Translations under genes and position numbers: made by a program | Origin: the human T2T-CHM13v2.0 reference genome, Homo sapiens | DNA length: 64,000 nucleotides | Reading direction: 5' to 3' (one strand) | Assembly (NCBI RefSeq): GCF_009914755.1 | Contig: NC_060935.1 | Shown here: in pieces, positions 57,116-64,000 of the stretch | Layout of the letters: each line of letters opens with the position of its first letter | Position numbering within the stretch: the stretch's first letter is position 1 | Notes under the pieces: model-generated | Databases searched by the model: none | Told to the model about the DNA's origin: nothing | What the model saw: the letters and a program-made list of their open reading frames with translations, nothing else

Positions 57116-57624
57116 GTTCAAATGTGTACCAGGGCTGAGAACCACTGCCCTAGAACAGGGACGTGAAGAAGCCCATCCCTTACCTTAACTCAAACTAAGT
57201 AGTAATGGAAGCTTGGAGTGATGAATGGGATTGTGAGGCTATATATGGGCTCTATGAGAAAAGTGCGGTAATTGAATCGTTATATCTGCCAAGGTTAAGG
57301 GATGTGGCAAATGTGGGATCTGTCATCCCCATCCCAAGTCTGGATTCTGCTAACCCAAATATAGGCTTTTAGAGTAGTCTAATAACTCTCTCCAGTCTCT
57401 CCTCATCCTTCAATAATAATACTTAAAAAAAACTTGCTTGCAACATCAATTGTTCTAAACCTCATTCTATGTCTTTCCTCAAATAATATTACAAATAATA
57501 GCTAATACCTTTTAAGGGCCTACTAAATGCTAGGCACTCTTCTGAGTGCTTTACATTTATTATACCATGTAACCTTACAAAAATTTTATGAGGTAAGTTA
57601 CTATTAATATCTCCATTTCCATAA

Positions 57625-58340
57625 GCCAAGAACAGAAAGATGAATGCTGCATGTTCTCACTCATATGTGGATTCTAAAAACGTGGATCTCAGAAGTAGAG
57701 TAGGATAGTGGTTATGAGAGCTGGGGAAGGGTAGGGGGATGGGTGCAGTACCCAGAGGTTAGTTATTGGATGCAAATTTTACTGCTAGATATGAGGAACA
57801 AGTTCTAGCTTTCTTTCTTTCTTTCTTTTTTTTTGTTGAGACAGAGTCTTGCTCTGTCACCCAGGCTGGAGTGCAGTGGCACGATCTTGGCTTACTGCAA
57901 CCTCCGCCTCCCGGGTTCAAGTATTCTCCTGCCTCAGCCTCCTGAGTAGCTGGGATTACAGGCATGCACCACCATGCCTGGCTAATTTTTGTATTTTTAA
58001 CAGAGACGGGGTTTCACCATGTTGGTCAGGCTGGTCTCGAACTCCTGACCTCATGATCTGCCCGCTTCGGTCTCCCAAGGTGCTGCGATTACAGGCGTGA
58101 GCCACCACGCCCGGCCAGTTCTAGCTTTCTATAGCACTGTAGGGTGACTATAATTAAGAACAATTTGTTGTATGTTTCAAATAGCAAGAAGAGCAGATTT
58201 TAAATGTTACCAGTACAAAGAAATAATGAATGTTTGAGGTGATGGATATGCTAATTATCCTGATTTGATCATTATACCTTGTATACATGTATGAAAATAT
58301 CACACTGTATCTCATAAATATGTACAATTACTAAATGTCA
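57625..58340 (+). mobile_element. L1MA 3' end interrupted by an Alu
   Basis: GCATGTTCTCACTCATATGTGG...GAGGTGATGGATATGCTAATTATCCTGATTTGATCATTATAC...AATTAAAATAA. Confidence 0.8.
57809..58116 (-). mobile_element. Alu (AluS)
   Basis: TSD AGTTCTAGCTTTCT. Confidence 0.9.
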
Positions 58341-59418
58341 ATTAAAATAATAATAAAAGCAACCTCCCCCATTTCTAATGAGGAAATTGAAGCCATGACA
58401 GTTTAATCATTTACCAAGATTACACAATTAGTTAGTGGCAGAACTGAGATTCACACCTACCTGGTCTGGCTCCAGAGCCCATGCTCTGAAATCACTAACT
58501 CAATGTAAAAACCCATTTCTACACACTTCCATTTATGTCTGTTATGGCATTACCATCTCTAATAGGGAAAAATTAGAAACACCATACTTTCCAACAATAG
58601 GGAGATGGTTAGGTATATTATGATATAGCTTTATGATGATATATAATATCCACTAAAAGGGATACTTTTCAAAGAATTTTAAAGATAGGGAAATGCACAA
58701 AATGATGTTAAGAGAAAAAGAAGTAGAATTAGACAAAGATTAAAAAAATAGATAGTGAGGGAAAGGAGGTGGGCACAGGATAAAGGAGTAGAGGGACAAT
58801 GAGAAAGAAAGAAAAAGGGGAAAAGATAAAGAAATAGGGTTAAGAAGAGGTGTGTGTTGGGGGGATACAAAAAAGACAGTGAAGTAGGGACAGAGAAGGG
58901 GAAGGATAGAGATGGAAGATGAAGACAGAAAGGAGACAAAAGAGAGGGAGAGACGCCAAATCCTTCCTATGCCGCCATCCATTAGGCAGCTTTTGAATGG
59001 CTCAGGACTGGAGCAAAACGCATTTGCCAGCGCGATCCGTCTATGCTCCTGATGGGGGAAGTAGAGCCAAGTTGTGCTGAGAGTATTCCTCATTAATATC
59101 AGAGACTCCAGCCAGCCTTAATGGTCTCTGAGCTGTGTGGGCTGCAAAGGGACTGGAGAGCTAACATGTGGGTTGGGCAGACACCAGGCTGTGCTCACAG
59201 AGATGGTGCCTCCTGGGGCCAATCTGAGGTTTGATGCCTGGCCGGGGCCTGGAGGCTGCTGAGTGATCTGGAGGGCATGGAGGAGTTCTTCTGAGGTGAT
59301 TGATCAAAACATGGTCAGTCCAGGTCCTCCTGGCCTGACCAGGATGACAAGCAGCCCCTGTGGGTGTGGTTAATGGTCAGAGAAAAGTGGCTTATGGTAG
59401 TTGTGTTATTTAAGAATT

Positions 59419-59734
<316 letters not shown>

Positions 59735-59997
59735 TCATGTTCTTTTGGTCAGTAACAAACACTGACCCTTGCCTGAATCCCACCTGTCCTCAAAAATCTC
59801 ACAATCCAGTTAGTGGGAGGTGACAATCAAATAAATTACGAATAAGACTAAAATATGTCCTTAAAGAGATAAATGCTGCAGCTTCTTCCAAATGTCAGGG
59901 ATTCAATGAAGATTTATTGAATAAATGCATGAATGAATGAATAAATGTTAATCTTATGTATCCAATAGGATTATTTATGAACAAATTCTTTGCATAG

Positions 59998-60331
<334 letters not shown>

Positions 60332-61556
60332 CCCAGTACAGTTTTTCTAAGTGAATGGCTGATTACATTTCACTGCAGAGAAAAATGCAAATACTCCTCA
60401 GGGAAGGAGCACTCCAGGCTGCTGTCACATACTGGTACTTTAGTATGAACTTAATTATGTAGTCTATTTTTGCTGGTATTTACAAATCATATTAGCTAGC
60501 GTTCTTCAATCTCCTATACATTCTATGAGATGGGTAGGGCTGGAATAATCATCAGTCATTATCTGCATTTACAGATGAAGAAATTGAGGGCCAGACAGGC
60601 TGGGTGTTACGCCCAACTGAAGTACTAAAGCCATGTACGTTAGTACATGAAGTACTAAAGAATGTAGGGCTCCTGATACCGAATCCAGTTCCTGTTCCCC
60701 TGTGCCATATGACTACCCTCAGGCTAGGTAATGGCCAGTGGAGAGAGCAGCTGAGGGTTTTGTGGGAAAGGATTGATGTTGGTGGAGGTGGGAACCACGT
60801 ACCAGGACCAATGTAGTAGCTTTATAAAACTATTTCACCTAACTATCACAACCACCTCATGAGATGAAAATTATTATCCCATTTTAAAGTCAAAGAAATA
60901 CAGAATCAAAAAAAGGTCAGAGCCAGGATTCAAGCCAGATCTGTTGCACTTCAAAGCTCACACTCTTTCCATTGCATCATGGTAATTTGCAATAATTTTG
61001 GAGAGAGAAAAGCAAAGTGATAACATCAAAGTTTCTGAGACCCTTCCAGCAAGTCGCGATTGCTCTGGGGTGGGGTGGGAGTGCCAGGGTAGAGATTGTG
61101 CATCTTCAGGCCTCAGGGACACTGGGATTTCTTCCCTGTGGGGCAAACACACTGGATTTTATCTGGCTTTTTTTTTTTTTCCTCCCAGAGATAGGAAGAG
61201 TGAAAGGTCCTCATTAGTTGGGGTAGCTGGGCTTCCAGGCAAATTCAGGGACAAACTAACTAATTAAGTTTAAGTTGGACAGGAAAGGGGAGAGGTTCTA
61301 AGGGAAAGGAAAATCTTTGCCCATAATTATCAAGGTAGATTTCTACTTCATGCCTGCAATAAATCTCTCTCTCTCTATATATATACCAATACCTAATCTA
61401 CATATATTTAATTTGTTCTATTTTTCTGGAGAACCCTGGCTGACAAACCTAGGTCCCATTCCATCTTTACTAATTAATAATCTGTGAACTTGGACACATG
61501 TCTTAACTTCCCTGATTCTTAATTTCTTGATCTGTAACAGAGATATAAACAATGCC

Positions 61557-62165
<609 letters not shown>

Positions 62166-62486
62166 TGACCTGTTCTTCCTCTGTGGACAGCCCTTCCAGC
62201 CCCTCCAGTGTCTGTGCCCAGTGGAACCTGTGGGAGCAACTCTGCAGCCCCAACCCCCAAAGGGATGAGAACTGGGCAGCCCTCTTTCCACTGAATGCTG
62301 CTGCTTCTAATCAGGCTTCCCTTCCTAGTTTCAACGGCCCCTCTGCCTTTGCTGTCCTTACATTTGAACATTACCAGCCTCCCACCATTCTTGGGGTATC
62401 ACCCTCTCTCATTCAGACCCTCTCTCATGTTATTTTAGCATTATGTTATCTGCCCTATGGTTTTCTTTTTAACTCTTTTTTTGTAC

Positions 62487-63256
62487 TGATACAGGAGATA
62501 GAAGGAAATTATTTGGGTAGATAGGGCAAAAGAGTCCCCGGCAAAACTTTTCTTCTAACAAAAAGCAGCTTGAGAAATTACTTCCTTTCTAACCACTCGC
62601 AGTTCAAAGAAATCACTTCTCTTCTAATAAAGACCAGCCTGGAAGATCGGGCTGTAAAACATAGATAAACAACTCTGGCATAAAGGGAGAGCTTCCAGGG
62701 TAATCACCAAACTTCACATACATATGATTGATCCCAGTAAAAACAGTGGGCCTTAATGAGCACATTCCTTTCCCTTTTTGAGCACACTAAGATAGGGAAG
62801 CTGGAAGCTTGCATGGTGGGGCAGATGCCTACAGCTGCAAGGAGGTACCTAGGACCAGGCATGGAAACTCCCCCTCCCCTTTTTAGCACATGCATGGTGG
62901 GAAGGAGATAAGCAACATGGAATAGTCCAAGGTAAGAACCAGCCTGCATGATAAAAGAGTGGGGTGGGGCTGCCAGAGGTTTCACTCCATGCAGATGGCG
63001 CACCTGGTCCTAACTGGTTTTTCATGCCCTATGAGATAAAGTACCCTCTCCCTACTAGCTCACTTATAAAAACCCTTACATTTTACTGCAGTACAGCAAC
63101 CCATTTGGGGCCCTTCTCCGAAGCAGAGAGCTATTCTTTTCCTTTCACCTATTAAACTTCTGCTTTAACCTCACCCTTTGTGTGTCCACATCCTTGATCT
63201 CCATAGCTGTGGGACAAAGAACCTTGGGTGTTATCCCAGACAACGAGGCTGCATCT
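62487..63256 (+). mobile_element. MER50 solo LTR
   Basis: TGATACAGGAGATAGAAGGAAATTATTT start; TATAAAA; ATTAAA; TSD GTAC on both sides. Confidence 0.82.
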
Positions 63257-63775
63257 GTACCACTGTCTTTGTAAATTCAATTGATGACACATTTAAACAT
63301 GACACACACAGAAAAATGCATAAAATATAGACATACAATTTGATAAACAATAAACACAAATGTATAAGTTACATAATTATGAAACAAATACCTATATTGC
63401 CATTGTCCAGGTCAAGAAATAGAATGTCTCCAGTGCCCCAGAGGTCCCCTTCAGATTCCAATCCCTTCCCTGACCCAGAAGTATTCATAATTGTGATTTG
63501 TATGGTAACTATTTTCTTGCTTTTCTTTGTGGTTTTAAGGTCTATTTATGCATTCCTAAGCTCCATAGTTTCACTGCACTTGTTTTATATCAATGGAATT
63601 ATATTTTTGTGATTTTTGCTTATGATGTTTTTGCATATGTGATTTTTTATGTATTTGTGTATGTTTATATCTTGCTTCTTTAGCTCAGTATTACGTTTGT
63701 AAGATTCTTCTATAGGGTTTTAAGTAGCTATAGTTCATTCATTTTTGATGCTATATAGGTAGACTCTCTTTATAT

Positions 63776-63995
63776 CAGGAGTGGCTAAACTATGGCCCAT
63801 GGGCCAAATCCAGCCAGTGGGCTGTTTTTGTATGGCCTGTGAACTAAGAATGTTTTTTACAATTATAAAATTTTAAAACAAACAACTCTCCACTGCTGCC
63901 CCCTAAAAAAGGCCAAAATATGAGGCAGACTACATATGACCCGAAATCCTATATCGTATTATCTGGCCCTTCATAAGAAAAGTTTTTCAACCCTG
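63776..63995 (+). mobile_element. MER58 hAT-Charlie element
   Basis: AAACTATGGCCCATGGGCCAAATCCAGCC...ATCTGGCCCTT...AAAAGTTT. Confidence 0.7.
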
Positions 63996-64000
63996 GCTGT

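Noticed and set aside
58700-58955. Purine-rich tract with hydrophobic antisense ORFs
   Set aside because: Low-complexity AG-rich sequence; the ORFs are compositional artefacts

Overview
Primate (very likely human) DNA. The only host coding sequence recognised is exon 1 of VSTM5 (minus strand, CDS 22829->22739) in a CpG island; 1-22738 is its intron 1, and the rest is upstream sequence dense in LTR elements. That region holds three non-coding MER4 proviral elements, a full-length but defective HERV-Fb/HERVH48 provirus (34070-42550, minus, MER48-type LTRs, tRNA-Phe PBS, GAAAG TSD), and solo LTRs of LTR7, LTR8, MER50, MER51 and MER39 type, plus many Alu/MIR/L1/L2/MER fragments. Most notable: (1) the provirus keeps an intact 163-aa signal-peptide-bearing env N-terminal ORF that closely resembles suppressyn (ERVH48-1); (2) swapped TSDs and an L1 split into oppositely oriented halves indicate that ~33.5-44.25 kb, which contains this provirus, was inverted by recombination between two MER4 elements; (3) a second small inversion inside one MER4, a 129-bp templated duplication, and a probable L1 3' transduction. 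Repeat family names and the locus identity come from recognition of the sequence, not from a search; Alu/L1/L2/MIR boundaries are approximate.
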